Of a stretch of DNA of 64,000 nt, positions 1-12,334 are shown in pieces. The stretch covers positions 123,816,001 to 123,880,000 of the forward strand of contig CM059432.1 of NCBI GenBank assembly GCA_030390025.1, given 5' to 3'. Under the pieces are notes generated by a model. The model had not been told where the DNA came from. It ran no database searches and was given only the letters and a program-made list of their open reading frames with translations. The stretch comes from Squalus acanthias. Lineage: Eukaryota. The first letter of the stretch is position 1. Each line of letters starts with the position of its first letter. The position numbers and the translations under genes were made by a program.

Positions 1-247
1 TTGAAGAACCCATCAACATTTGCTGTTTAGACTCTCACAAGAATGGCAACTTGGATGAGCTATCAGTGATGCCTGTGGTACCATAATCCACAGATGGGCA
101 TTTAGTAGTATGGGTCACAGGATACCATTCGGGAGTGGGAAATGTTTCTTTTCACTAGTCCAGGGACACTGAAGCCAACTATGGTTCCACTACACCCACT
201 CTGATTGAGGTCATTTAACTCAGCGCACACCAGGAATCAAACCTCTG

Positions 248-722
248 TCAGCCGTGGCTCAGTGGGTAGCACCCTTGCCTTTGAGTCAGAGTGTTGTGGG
301 TTCAAGTCCCACTCCAGAGACCTGAACACAAAAATCTAGGCTGACATTTCAGTGCAGGGCTGAGGGAGTGCTGCACTGTCAGATGGTGCTGTCTTTCAGA
401 TGAGATGTTAAACTGAGACCCCGTCTGCTCTCTCAGACGGATGTAAAAGATCCCATGGCACTATTTTGCAGTAGAACAGGGGAGTTATCCCTGGTGTCCT
501 GGCTAATGTTTATCCCTCAATCAACATCACTAAAAAACAGATTACCTGGTCATTATCACATTGCTGTTTGTGGGAGCTTGCTGTGCACAAATTGGTTGAT
601 GCGTTTCCTACATTACAACAGTGACTACATTTCAAAAAGTACTTCATTGGCTGCAAAGCGCTTTGGGACGTCCGGTGGTTGTGAAAGGCGCTATATAAAT
701 GCAAGTCTTTCTTTCTTTGTTT
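248..722 (+). mobile_element. tRNA-headed SINE, DeuSINE/SacSINE1-like
   Basis: A-box-like TGGCTCAGTGGG, B-box-like GGTTCAAGTCC, central GATGTAAAAGATCCCATGGCAC block, tail AAGGCGCTATATAAATGCAAGTC(TTTC)n. Similar copies recur in the window. Confidence 0.8.
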
Positions 723-1223
723 TCTAGGGCTTTCCTGGTCTTCAAGTGACAATTTCACATAGGGCAATTGATTTATTAAGCTGCCCTTCAAGAAAGGCCT
801 TTCATTCAACAGTTCAAATCACGTAACATAAATTTTCTGGCTTTCATTTTCTATTACATAGCATTCTAACTCCATTATCTCCATTTGCTTCTCATTTTAA
901 ATAAATTTGGTATTTTTGTGCAAAACCTACTGAAACTCTCCTCGTGCATCATTTAGTGTGCTCACTATTTTAATCAGATGCTATCAACAATGTGAAACAA
1001 AAGACAGCATCCAGGTTTATGATTAATTCATGGGCAGCAACAACTGATCCATCATCCATACTGGAAAAAAGACCTTTTGTGACGGGCTCACGTATCTGGA
1101 GTTTGTGTGCGAAAGAAGCAATTATGATTTTAAAAATCTATGAAACGGATGTAAGTTGAAAACACCTTTCCCTCATCAAATATCAATCAATCTTATTGTG
1201 ATATATATATATATATATATTAA

Positions 1224-2387
1224 AAAGAAAGACTCGCATTTTATCTATTGCCTTTCACAACCTCAGGACGTCCCAACGTGCTTTACAGCCAGTGAAGTAG
1301 GTTTTGAAGTGGAGGCACGGTTTTAATGTAGGAAACGCTACTTGGATTGTGGTCTTGCTCTTGATGGCCATCCTGTAACTCTTAGTGAAAGTATTTGTGT
1401 GAGGATATCTTTCTTCTGGACACCAGTGACATTGTAGAGGCGCTATATAAATGCAAATCTTTCTTTATTTCTTTCTTCTTTCTAATGGTGGAAATGCAGC
1501 AGCCAAATTGCGGCACACAGCAAGATCCCACAAACAGCAATGAGATACCAGGGCCTAAAGATTCGGTTGCTTTGCGCCTCCCGTTAGCACCCTAACAGGG
1601 CGCTAACGGGGCGCAAAGCAACTAGCGCCTGGGCGCGGCGCCGCCAACGCCTCCTGTGAAATTCAGCGGGAGGTCAGCGGCGGCAGTAACAATTAGCACC
1701 CCGTGGTGCTGCGCCGCCGCTGATGATGTCATCACCGTGCGCAGTGCCCCACTCGCGCCCCGGCCACGGTCTTCGGTAGCGCCCCCTGACTTACCGCCGG
1801 ACGCTATGTCTGACGGGGTCAGGGGGGCCTACCTGCAGCCGGGGCGGCGCTAATGAAAGGAGAGGTGCCGGGCGGCCATTTTTGTTGCTGGCCGCCTGCC
1901 AGCACCTGCCTCCGTTGCCAGCACTCCGATCCCTGGTGGCCCAGCTGGGCCCCGGGTCACGCTGCGCTAGGCCCCTCCCCTTTAATAAGGGGAGGAAGGC
2001 CTGCAGTACCATGGCCCTCTTGGGGCGCTACCGGTGAATTTCGGCTGCGGGGGTGCTAATTTTTTCAGGGAGCTAGCGCCCCAAAGAGGGCGCGACTCAA
2101 TTTTTCCCCCCAAATATTCTCTTTTAGTGATGTTGGTTGAGGGATAAAAATTGGCCAGGACACCGAGGAGAACAGCCCTGCTTCCCTTCGAATAGTGCTG
2201 TGGGATGTTTTACGTCACCTGAGGCCTCAGTTTAGCATCTCATCCGAAAACAGCACCTCCAACAGTGCAGCACTCTTTCGGTGCTGAACAGAAGTGTCAG
2301 CCGGGATGATGTGCTCATATCCCTGGAGTGGGGCTTGAACCATAACCTTCTGACTCAGAGGAGAGAGTGCTACCCACTGAGCCAAGC
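1224..2387 (-). mobile_element. Same SINE family, minus strand, fragmented and split by a MITE
   Basis: Reverse-complement tail at ~1224-1340, body at ~1485-1550 and 2110-2387 ending in the tRNA-like head. Confidence 0.7.
1551..2109. mobile_element. GC-rich Harbinger-type MITE (family A)
   Basis: Similar along its length to 44956-45706, 57708-58396 and the ends of 53786-54679. GGG..ATT / AATT..CCCC termini. Possible CCA TSD. Confidence 0.7.
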
Positions 2388-2709
2388 CTGTATGTTATTA
2401 AAGGAATAAACCTAGCAAAGACTTCCTCTGATCGATTTGTTTTAGAAATCTTATGGCTGATCATGCAGTAACCTAAAAATCACACACAGTAAAGATCACT
2501 CATTAAAATGGCACTTAGGCTGTACATGGGAATTAAATCAATGAATCAATTAAAAGAATAAAATATATCTTAAGAAACAAGCAATTCTCAATTTGAGATC
2601 CTTATATGACAAACCTATATAATGTAAGAAAGTACCAGAGAGTGAATTAAAAAGCTGTACTCTAAGAAGGCTTCAAATGCTATTGTAAAACAAAACTCAA
2701 AAATGATCT

Positions 2710-5700
2710 CTGTGCTTTACACGTAGGTACCAATGACATAGGTAGAACAGAGAAAGAGGTTCTGATGAGGGAGTATGAGCAGCTAGGGGCTAAATTAAAA
2801 AGCAGAACCACAAAGGTAATAATCTCTGGATTACTACCTGAGCCACGAGCAAATTTGCACAGGGTAAATAAGGTCAGAGAGATGAACGCATGGCTCAAAG
2901 ACTGGTGTGGGAGAAATGGGTTTCGATTCATGGGGCACTGGCACCAGTACTGGGGTAAGAGGGAGCTGTTCCGTTGGGACGGGCTTCACTTGAACCAGGC
3001 TGGGACCTGTGTCCTGGCACTGAGGCTGTGCATGGGAATAACTAGGGCAGTAGACAGGGCTTTAAACTAAATACTGGGGGGGAGGGTTCAGGTGAGCGGG
3101 AATTTAAAAAGTCAAAGAGAAAGGAGAAGGCAATAGAGCAGGATAGTGATGGGGTTAATGGTAAGCAGAGTGTGACAGGAAGGGACAGAACGTATAAAAA
3201 TAAGAGTGCATCGGAAAGTGGGGTCAAAGCACAGAAAAATAGTGAAAAGACAAAATTAAAAGCTCTTTATCTGAATGCACGCTGCATTCATAACAAGATA
3301 GATGAGTTGACAGCACCAATAGATATAAATGGGTATGATCTGATAGCCATTACAGAGATGTGGTTGCAAGGTGACCAAGGCTGGGAACTGAATATTCAGG
3401 GGTATTTGACATTTCGGAAGGATAGACAGAAAGAAAAAGGAGGTGGGGTAGCTCTGTTAATAAAGGATGAGATCAGTGCAGTAGTGAGAAATGATATTGG
3501 CTCAGAAGAGCAAGATGTAGAATCAGTTTGGGTAGAGAAATAATAAGGGTAAGAAGGCATTGGTGGGCGTAGTCAATAGGCTCCCTAACAGTAGCTACAC
3601 TGTTGGACAGAGTATAAATCAAGAAATAATGGAGGCTTGTAAGAAAGGTACAGCAATAATCATGGGTAATTTTAATCTTCATATTGATTGGACAAATCAA
3701 ATTGGCCAAGGTAGCCTCGAGGAAGAGTTCATAGAGTGTATCCGGGATGGTTTCTGAAACAATACGTTGTGGAACCAACCAGGGAGCAGGCTATCTTAGA
3801 TCTGGTACTGTGTAATGAGACAGGATTAATAAATGATCTCATAGTAAAGGATCCTCTAGAAAGAGTCATCATAGCGTGGTTGAATTTCAAATTCAATTGG
3901 AGGGTGAGAAAGTTGGGTCTCAAACCAGTGTCCTGATCATAAATAAAGGCAATTACAAAGGTATGAAGGCAGAGTTGGCTAAAGTGGACTGGGAAAATAG
4001 ATTAAAGGGTAAGACGGTTGATAAGCAATGGCAGACATTTAAGGAGATATTTCATAACTCTCAACAAAAATATATTCCAGTGAGAAGGAAAGACTTTAAG
4101 AGAAGTGAGAACAATCTGTGGCTAACTAAGGAAGTAAAGGATGGTATCAAATTGAAAACAAAGGCATACAATGTTGCTAAGATTAGTGGGAGGCCAGAGG
4201 ATTGGGAAATTTTAAAAACCAGCAAAGGACAACTAAAAAAATAATAAAGAGAGAGAAGATGGATTATGAGAGTAAACTAGCAAGAAATATAAAAACAGAT
4301 AGTAAGAGCTTCTACAGGTATATAAAAAGGAAGAGAGTAGCTAAAGTAAACGTTGGTCCCTTAGAGGATGAGACTGGGGAATTAATAATGGGGAACAGGG
4401 AAATGGCAGAGACTTTGAACAAATATTTTGTATCAGTCTTCACGGTAGAAGACACTAAAAGCATCCCAATAATAGATAATCAAGGGGCTATAGGGAGGGA
4501 GGAACTTAAAACAATCACTATCACTAAAGAAAAAGTACTCGGTAAAATAATGGGACTAAAGGTGGACAAGTACCTTGGACCTGATGGCCTGCATCCTAGG
4601 GTCTTAAAAGAAGTGACTGCAGAGATAGTGGATGCATTCTACCAAAATTCCCTGGATTCTGGAGTGGTCCCAGAGGATTGGAAAACCGCAAATGTAATGC
4701 CCCTATTTAAGAAGGGAGGGAGACAGAAAGCAGGAAACTATAGATCAGTTAGCCTAACATCTGTCATTGGGAAAATGCTGGAGTCCATTATTACAGAAGC
4801 AGTAGCAGGACATTTAGAAAATCATAATACAGTCAAGCAGAGTCAGCATGGTTTTATGAAAGGGAAATCATGTTTGACAAATTTGCTGGAGTTCTTTGAG
4901 GATGTAACGAGCAGGGTGGATAAAGGGGAACCAGTGGATGTGGTATATTTGGATTTCCAGAAGGCATTCGATAAAGTGCCACATAAAAGGTTACTGCACA
5001 AGATAAGAGCTCACAGGGTTGGAGGTAATATATTAGTATGGATAGAGGATTGGCTAACTAACAGAAAACAGAGAGTCGGGATAAATGGGTCATTTTCCGG
5101 TTGGCAAACAGGTAACTAGTGGGGTGCCACAGGGATCAGTGGTGGGGCCTAAACTATTTACAATCTATATTAATGACTTAGATGAAGGGACCGAGTGTAA
5201 TGTAGCCAAATTTGCTGAAGATACAAAGATAGGTGGGAAAGCAAGTTGTGAAGAGGACACAAAAAATCTGCAAAGGGATATAGACAGGCTAAGTGAGTGG
5301 GCAAACATTTGGCAGATGGAGTATAATGTGGGAAAGTGTGAGGTTATCCACTTTGGTAAGAAAAATAAAAAAGCAAATTATTATTTAAATGGAGAGAGAT
5401 TACAAAATGCTGCGGTACAGAGGGACCTGGGGGTCCTTGTGCATGAAACACTCTGGGCTCGATTTTGCCGGCGCTCAGGGGTCGGCTTTGGAGGCGGGAC
5501 TGCTGGCAAAATCAAAAAGATTGGCAGGGGGTCCCGAACCCGCTTCCAACCCACCTCCAATCAACCTTCCCGGGAGTCGGGTCCCCGATTTGCGCAGGGA
5601 ACCTGACTCCTAGCGGCGGGAAGAGAATTATAGCCACTTAACTGCAACAGGCAGTTAAGAGGCTTTTTCCAATTTTGCCAGGTCGACTGCGGGCTTCCCG

Positions 5701-6998
5701 ACATCTGGACTCCACGCCAGCTAAGTGTGGCATGTTGTGAGTCTACTGTAATGTTTCTTCATTGATGACAGCTTCAGAAGTGGTGTGAAGGATCCAATGG
5801 TACACTGGTGAATTTCAGAGGTAAGGAAATGCTGGGAAAATCATTTTTAATGTTTTAGACTTTTCTGTACGTAATAATGTTTGAAGTGTTTGTGTAGTCC
5901 CAGCTCATTGGGAGAACCTCTCTCACCAGTGACAGATCGCTTCTGTAACCTCACCTGCAGCTGTCATCTGTTTTATCCTAAGGAGAGAGTCTCTGGAGAG
6001 CCTTGGTACAAGGGCTCACCTTTGTACAGTGATTGTCAGTGTTTGCATCTCAACGCTGTCAAACACTGAAAAATCATCTGTCAAACAAAAATGAGTGTGT
6101 CCCCTTTAAAAAAATCGGCAGATGACATGTCATCAACTGACGTCATCTGACACTGGCTTTCTCTTAATTGGCCGGCAAGCCCGCAGGGCGGGCTTAACAA
6201 GGCCAATTGACGCAAAATAGCGTCTGTGCGTCGGGCGTCGTTGGGGGCGGGATTGGAACCCGCAAGTCAGATGACCCGCTCCCAACTCACCTCTTCAGGT
6301 AAGATCGCGGCCAAATAGTTAGCATGCAGGTACAGCAAGTAATCAGGAAGGCAAATGGAATGTTGGCCTTTATTGCAAGGGGGTTGGAGTATAAAAGCAG
6401 GGAAGTCCTACTACAACTGTAGAGGGTATTGGTGAGACCACACCTGGAGTACTGCGTACAGTTTTGGTCTCCTTATTTAAGGAGGGATATACTTGCATTG
6501 GAGGCAGTTCAGAGAAGGTTCACGAGGTTGATTCCTGAGATGAAGGGGTTGATTTATGAAGAAAGGTTGAGTAGGTTGGGCCTATACTCATTGGAGTTTA
6601 GAAGAATGAGAGGTAATCTTATTGAAACTGAGGGGGCTCGACAAGGTAGATGCAGAGAAGATGTTTCCCCTCATGGAAATCTAGAACTCGGGGACACAGT
6701 TTTAGAATAAAAGGTTGCCCTTTTAGAACTGAGATGAGGAGAAATTTCTTCTCTCAGAGGGTCGTAAATCTGTGGAATTCTCTTCCCCAGATAGCTGTGG
6801 AGGCTGGGTCATTGAATATATTAAAGGTGGAGATAGACAGCTTTTTGAACAATAAGGGAATAAAGGGTTATGGGGAGCGGGCAGGGAAATGGAGCTGAGC
6901 CCAAGATCAGATCAGCCATGATCTCATTAAATGGCGGAGCAGGCTCGAGGGGCCAAATGGCCTCTTCCTGCTCCTATTTCTTATGTTCTTATGTTCTT
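2710..6998 (+). mobile_element. 5'-truncated CR1 LINE (ORF1 esterase end, APE endonuclease, RT), frameshifted
   Basis: VGTND...DGLHLN SGNH-esterase motifs (2720-3070), LYLNAR/KGGGVALL endonuclease, YLDFQKAFDKVPH and GVPQGSV..FAEDTK RT motifs, (TTCTTATG)n tail. Split over several frames and interrupted at 5455-6312. Confidence 0.93.
5455..6312. mobile_element. Non-autonomous Harbinger derivative (family B) inserted in CR1
   Basis: Interrupts the CR1 RT after LGVLVHET. Ends resemble those of 10724-12334 and 43598-44345. Confidence 0.7.
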
Positions 6999-7389
6999 TA
7001 AGAGTATCCTTGTATTTAGTATACTTGCGAATCTTCAGTGGCATTGCTCATGGTGAATCAGAGGTTTAAGAGAACAGGGGTGCTTATGCCACGTAGTATT
7101 ACCAGGGTCACTGACTAGTCAGCATTGAGGGTTGCTCTTGAATGTGGAAGTACGGGGAAGTGGGCCTTGGGTCTTGCAGTATTTTGATGGAGCGGGGGCC
7201 TCTCAGGATTTGGGAGCTCTGCGAGTGAGATCCTTGTGTCCGGGAACACTGGAGGAGGTTCTAGGAACACTGAAGTGGTCACTGAGAAGTAGGATCACTG
7301 GGAGAGGGATCCTGGGATTTAGGATATTAGAAAGGGACATGTCATCATCTGGGAACATTGTGGTTAGTTCTGGGATCAGACAGCAATCC

Positions 7390-7795
7390 AGAGGCCTAAC
7401 TTTATAATCTAGAAAACATGAGTTGAAATCTCATGGGCACAGTTTCAGAATTTGAATGCAGTTTAAAAGAAAATCTGGAAATAAAAAGCTGGTGTCAGTA
7501 AAAGTGACCATGAAGCTGTCAGATTGTCGTAAAAAGCCAACTGGTTCACTAATGTCCTTTAATGAAGGAAACCTGTCGTCCTTTCCTGGTCTGGCCTATA
7601 TATATGGCTCCATTTCCCCGCCAACATGGTTGACTCTTAGCTGCCCTCTATAGTGCCCTAGCAAGTCACTAGTTGTATCAAAGTGTTACAGCAGTCCAAG
7701 AAGAAGGCCCACCACCACCTTCTCAAAGCAAGTAGGGATGGGCAATAAATGTCGGCCTTGCCAGCGATGCCCATGTCCCGAGGATGAAAAATGAA
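7390..7795 (+). mobile_element. SINE sharing its 3' tail with a CR1-like LINE
   Basis: Matches 58422-58828. Tail GGGATGGGCAATAAATG..GCCTTGCCAGCGATGC is shared with the LINE ends at 39050-39160 and 51425-51520. Confidence 0.65.
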
Positions 7796-7824
7796 GCACT
7801 AGGAATGCTGTCTAAGGAATTGTG

Positions 7825-8039
7825 GACAAAAGTGAGAAGTCGCACAACACCAGGTTATAGTCCAACAGTTTTATTTGAAATCACAAGCTTTCGGAGCTGC
7901 TGCCCCTTCGTCAGGTGAAGTCAGGTGAAGGGGCAGCAGCTCCGAAAGCTTGTGATTTCAAATAAAACTGTACTATAACCTGGTGTTGTGCGACTTCTCA
8001 CTTTTGTCCACCCCAGTCCAACACCGGCATCTCCGCATC
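7825..8039. mobile_element. Penelope-like element-derived inverted-repeat insertion
   Basis: ~90-bp inverted arms (7822-7908 vs 7928-8011), flanked by the direct repeat AAGGAATTGTG. Contains a hammerhead motif. Confidence 0.7.
7882..7917 (-). ncRNA. Minimal type I hammerhead ribozyme motif
   Basis: Minus strand reads CAC-CUGACGA-A-GGGGC-AGCA-GCUCC-GAAA-GCUU-GUG: helix I CAC/GUG, CUGANGA core, helix II, GAAA, palindromic AAGCUU helix III. Confidence 0.65.
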
Positions 8040-8469
8040 AAGGAATTGTGAGCACTGGAGAGAGTGTTGGGATCTGGGAGCTGGGGGAAGTCTGGGGAAA
8101 TAATTCTGGGGACCAGCACGATTGGGGAGGGGGATTTTAAGCATAAGGGAGCCAGAGTCTGGCAGTATTGGGCGTTGCTGGGATCTGGCAGCATTAGGGG
8201 AGGAGCAGAATCCAACAACCTTGTTGGGGAAAGGGCCCAAGAGGATGGAACCAAAACTGCTGTCAGCCTTTTTTTGAATCACCAGAACATCAATGTGTTC
8301 GTGTCTGTCAGCCTCCTCCTTTAATCCATCAGCCTCCTCCTTTAAACCATCCGCAGGTGTATTGCAGCCTCCGGTATCCCTCTACCACTTTCCCTATCGT
8401 CAGCTGGTTGCTGTCTTTACATTTCTTCCTTAAAGCATTTAAGTGTTAATTTTCTGTTACTTAAAATTA

Positions 8470-8682
8470 ATCATAGAATGATAAGCACAGAAGGGGGCCA
8501 TTCGGCCCATCATGTCTGTGCCAGCTCTTTGAAAGAGCTATCCAATTAGTCGCACTCCCCCCCTGCTCTTTCCTCATAGCCCTGCAAATGTTTCCATTTC
8601 AAGTATATATCCAATTCCCTTTTGAAAGTTACTATTGAATCTGCTTCCACCACCCCCTTCAGGTAGTGCATTCCAGATTGTA
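8470..8682 (-). mobile_element. CR1 3' end fragment
   Basis: Reverse complement closely matches the CR1 3' end at 61960-62205. Confidence 0.7.
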
Positions 8683-10139
8683 GCAATAGTGCATGGAGAG
8701 TTATAGGCTGGGGTGCACACTTTCCTGCTATGTACTCCCGGCCTGCGCCAGAAACACAAAACTGGGAAATTTAGTGTCCAATTAGTTGGTTTGCAAACAT
8801 ACACTTTTTAATAAACGTACATTTCCATAAACAAACAAATCTTACCGCATAAATGCTTAAAAGTGCATCATTTGCGCAGTTTCCAAGTATTTATATATGT
8901 ACAATTGCTGAGCGGGTCTCAACATTCAATTTCAAGAGGCATTGAAAAGTCCTGCTATCTCATGAAAAAGGTAAAAATCCATTAGAAAAGTATCACCATT
9001 TAACTCCAGCACCAGTTATGCCTGCAGGTGGTGTTGTGACAGGGTTTGTCAATGTTAAAAAGCTCAGAACGTTAGCTACTAAAACAGCAGTTATACAGTA
9101 TATTGTGAGAGGCTCAGGCCTCCGACTGTCACTGTGGAGCGACTCTCGTTCCTGCCAACAGTCATTTTGGTATAGGCAAGTAAACCAGGTACGTTTAAAA
9201 CAACGCAAATAAAATTAAGACTTTTTTTGGCCCATGAAGCTCCCCAGTACGGTTTCTGACCTCACCCCCATGTTCCTGCTGACCATCCCAGCCTCTCTGA
9301 GCTGTTGAAAGCCAAATCACCCTCCCTGGGACTTTGGCCTGTGCCCTTCCTTGATAAACTGCTGGATCCCTGGCCACCTGCCTACACTAAAGGCCCTATG
9401 ACTGCTTTCCACTATCTTTGCTTTCCACTCGCTGGCCAACAAAGCCACACTTGAGTCTGCATGTTCAGCTGCAATGGTCACCCAATCAGCGCCCTCTAAA
9501 AATTGTGTAGCTTAGTTCATTTACTTCCTCAGCACACTTCTCTCCCTTTAAAGCATCCCTTGACCCCATCCACAATGACCTCCAATCCCCCCGCCACTGA
9601 CCAACGCCGCAGACGACCCTTTCTCAGCTTCTGACCAGCGATTGTAGCCCCCCATTCACCTTTCCCTGGTCCTCTGTCAGGATGTTTACCCTCCCCCCAC
9701 CCCGAGTAGTATTTCAGCAATCCCTGTCCCCGAAGAGCACCTTGACCTCGAGTCCCCCTCCCGCCCCCGCAGTGAGAAACCCTGCTGATCCTGCATTCTC
9801 CTTCTCCTCCCATCACCTCCTCACCCTCTGACATCCATTTGGCCGTACCTAGCCAGCCTCGCTAAGCAGAATTCTGCCCCCCCCACCCCATACCTTCGCC
9901 ATTGTGCAGCACTTCAGCCTTGCACCTACCACCACACATAATCAGCTTTACAGCTTTTTCCACCACACATGACCAACATTAATCCTCGCGCCCCCCGACC
10001 CCCGAGTATCATTTCTCCTCCCCTCCACTGAGCAGTATTTTGTCAGTTTCACGCCCCTCCTACTGAGCAACCACCATCTCGATGGACCTTTACACCCCCC
10101 TTCCCCCAAGATGTAACAGCATTTTCCTTTCACCTTCAG

Positions 10140-10680
10140 CTGCTTCATCAATGACTTAGCCTCGATCGTAAGGCCAAGAGATGGACTTCACTGACAATTT
10201 CATTCAGTTTTCAGCTCCATTCACAACTGCTCCATTAATGAATCAGCCCATTCCAGCACGATTTGGATAATATCCAAGCTTGAGGTGACAAGTGACAGGT
10301 TGCATTCACGCCATAGTGCAAGGCAACAATCATCTCCAGCAAGAAAAGGCCCAATCACCTCCTCCTGACCCCTCAAAGCCTCTCCACCACCAAGAAGATT
10401 TAAGTCAGGAATGCGATGGCATACTAACTATTTGCTTAATGGGTGCAGCCGCAACAAAGCTCAAGAAACTCAACACCATCCAGGATAAAGCAGTTTCCTT
10501 ATCCAGGGCATCTAGCACCGGACTCAGTACCCGCCCCCTCCATCACCAGCACACTGTTGCTGCAGTATGTGTGACCTATAGAATGCACTGCAGCAACTCA
10601 CCAATATTATTTCAACAGCACCTCCCTCCCCTGTGACCTATACCAGTGAGAAGGACAAGAACAGCAATGTCATGGGATGG
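10140..10680 (+). mobile_element. Decayed CR1-like LINE RT/3' fragment
   Basis: LKKLNTIQDKA...RMHCSNSP matches 38575-39160 and 51425-52050. Confidence 0.65.
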
Positions 10681-10723
10681 AGATCCCCTCTCGTACACGG
10701 CCAGTGGGGTGGTCCACACTCCT

Positions 10724-12334
10724 GGGGCTGAATTTTGCCGGCGCTCAGAGTGCAGGTTTGGAGGCGGGTCCGCTGTCAAAATCACAAAGATTGACAGCAG
10801 GTCGGTATCCTGCTGTAAACCCGCCTCCTTGTCAGTTTCCCAAGTGTCGGGTCTGTTATCCCTGAACAGACCCGACACCAAGCAGTGGGTCAGCCAATTT
10901 AGATAGTTAAAAGCTTATTACTGTAAAAGGTAGTTAAGAACCATTTTCCCATGTACTTACCATTTTACCAGGTTTTCAACGAGTAATCTCTCTAACCACT
11001 GTCACCTCCTTGGAACAACCTATCTCAACAATGACAGATTACTTTTGTCATCTCAACCTCACCTGCCATCTATTCCATCAGCATCGGTGCCCTTGAAAAA
11101 ATCTCACCTTGGTCCTCAGAATCCCAACACGATCAGCCCCAACACCAGCATCACCAGGCACACCAGCAGCACCAACATCCACACCAACCTTATTCGCAAT
11201 CAACTGATGCTGCACTGGACACAGGGCATCATCACCCGTGCACATTGTTGCATATCGCTAGCGATGGCCTCACCATGTCCAGATTTGCTTCACTTAACAC
11301 TGTACAACCTGGCTGCCACATGATGTGCCAGGTTGGCACCACCCCACACCAGCACCATAAAGCATCTCTCTCTACAATGTCCAAGCCATTCCTTTCACAC
11401 TCATCACCATTGAGGGGGGGGGAACATTATGTCTCACCATTCACTGCAACTCACTAAGACACTTTCAAAGGTGCACACAGATCTGTCCAAGAAGGCAAAG
11501 TGGTGACAATAAGGATTTCAATGCTTGACAACACATTAGCAGAAAATTTACACAAACATTGACTAAAACATCCAAGTGCCTACCCTTGTGTGTTATTAGT
11601 TGGTATGATGGGACTAGGATGAGGGTGAGTGTGAGGGGTGGCTAGTGAGATGGGGAAGTGATAATGTAGATAGAGAGGGATGGGTGGAGGTGCAAGGTAA
11701 GTTGGTGTGAGTAAGGATGTGCAGGAGTAGGGTAGGGAAGACAAAGTTATGGGGATGCGATGAGCGGCACAGCAGGATGAGGTTGAGTGTGGCTTTGCAG
11801 TAACGTTTCGTGATCTACTGAGATCATTGAAAGGTTTGCGCCACTGCAGCCTGGTCCTCCTGATGACATCCTTGCTTGTGTCCTCCTGTGCAATGTGCAA
11901 CCAGGCTTCGTTGGTGTCCTGGGGAGGTCTCTTCCACCCATTCGAAGGGAAGAGAATCTCCCTGCGTGCTATGACTCCCTCCACAAGCATATGGAGGGAG
12001 TCATGGGAGAGCCTGGGTGCAGCCGTGCACCTCTGCGCAGTGCTCGTCAGTGTTTGCAGCACCTCTATGCTGCAGAACACTGACAGCACAATTGTCAAAA
12101 TGAATGTGGACATGGTCCCTTTAAGGAAACCGGCTGATGACACGTCATCAGATGATGTCATCAGACCCGCTTCCTTTTAATTGGCCGGGGACCTCGGACC
12201 TCGGAGGGCAGGCTTAACAAGCCCAATCCGGGCAAAATCGCTTGGAGTAGGCGGGATGAAGACAGGAGCGGAGTTTGAGACTGCTGTCTGCTCCGGACGC
12301 ACCGGACTCGCCACGGCTGGCGAAATTGCGGCCC
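10724..12334 (-). mobile_element. Internally deleted Harbinger (family B) with Myb/SANT exon
   Basis: GGGGCTGAATTT / AAATTGCGGCCC termini. Minus ORF APRLSHDSLHMLVEGVIARREILFP...W...RTRLQWRKPFNDL is a Harbinger-type Myb/SANT domain. Confidence 0.75.

Noticed and set aside
248..320. tRNA gene
   Set aside because: It is the tRNA-derived head of a SINE and continues into the SINE body.
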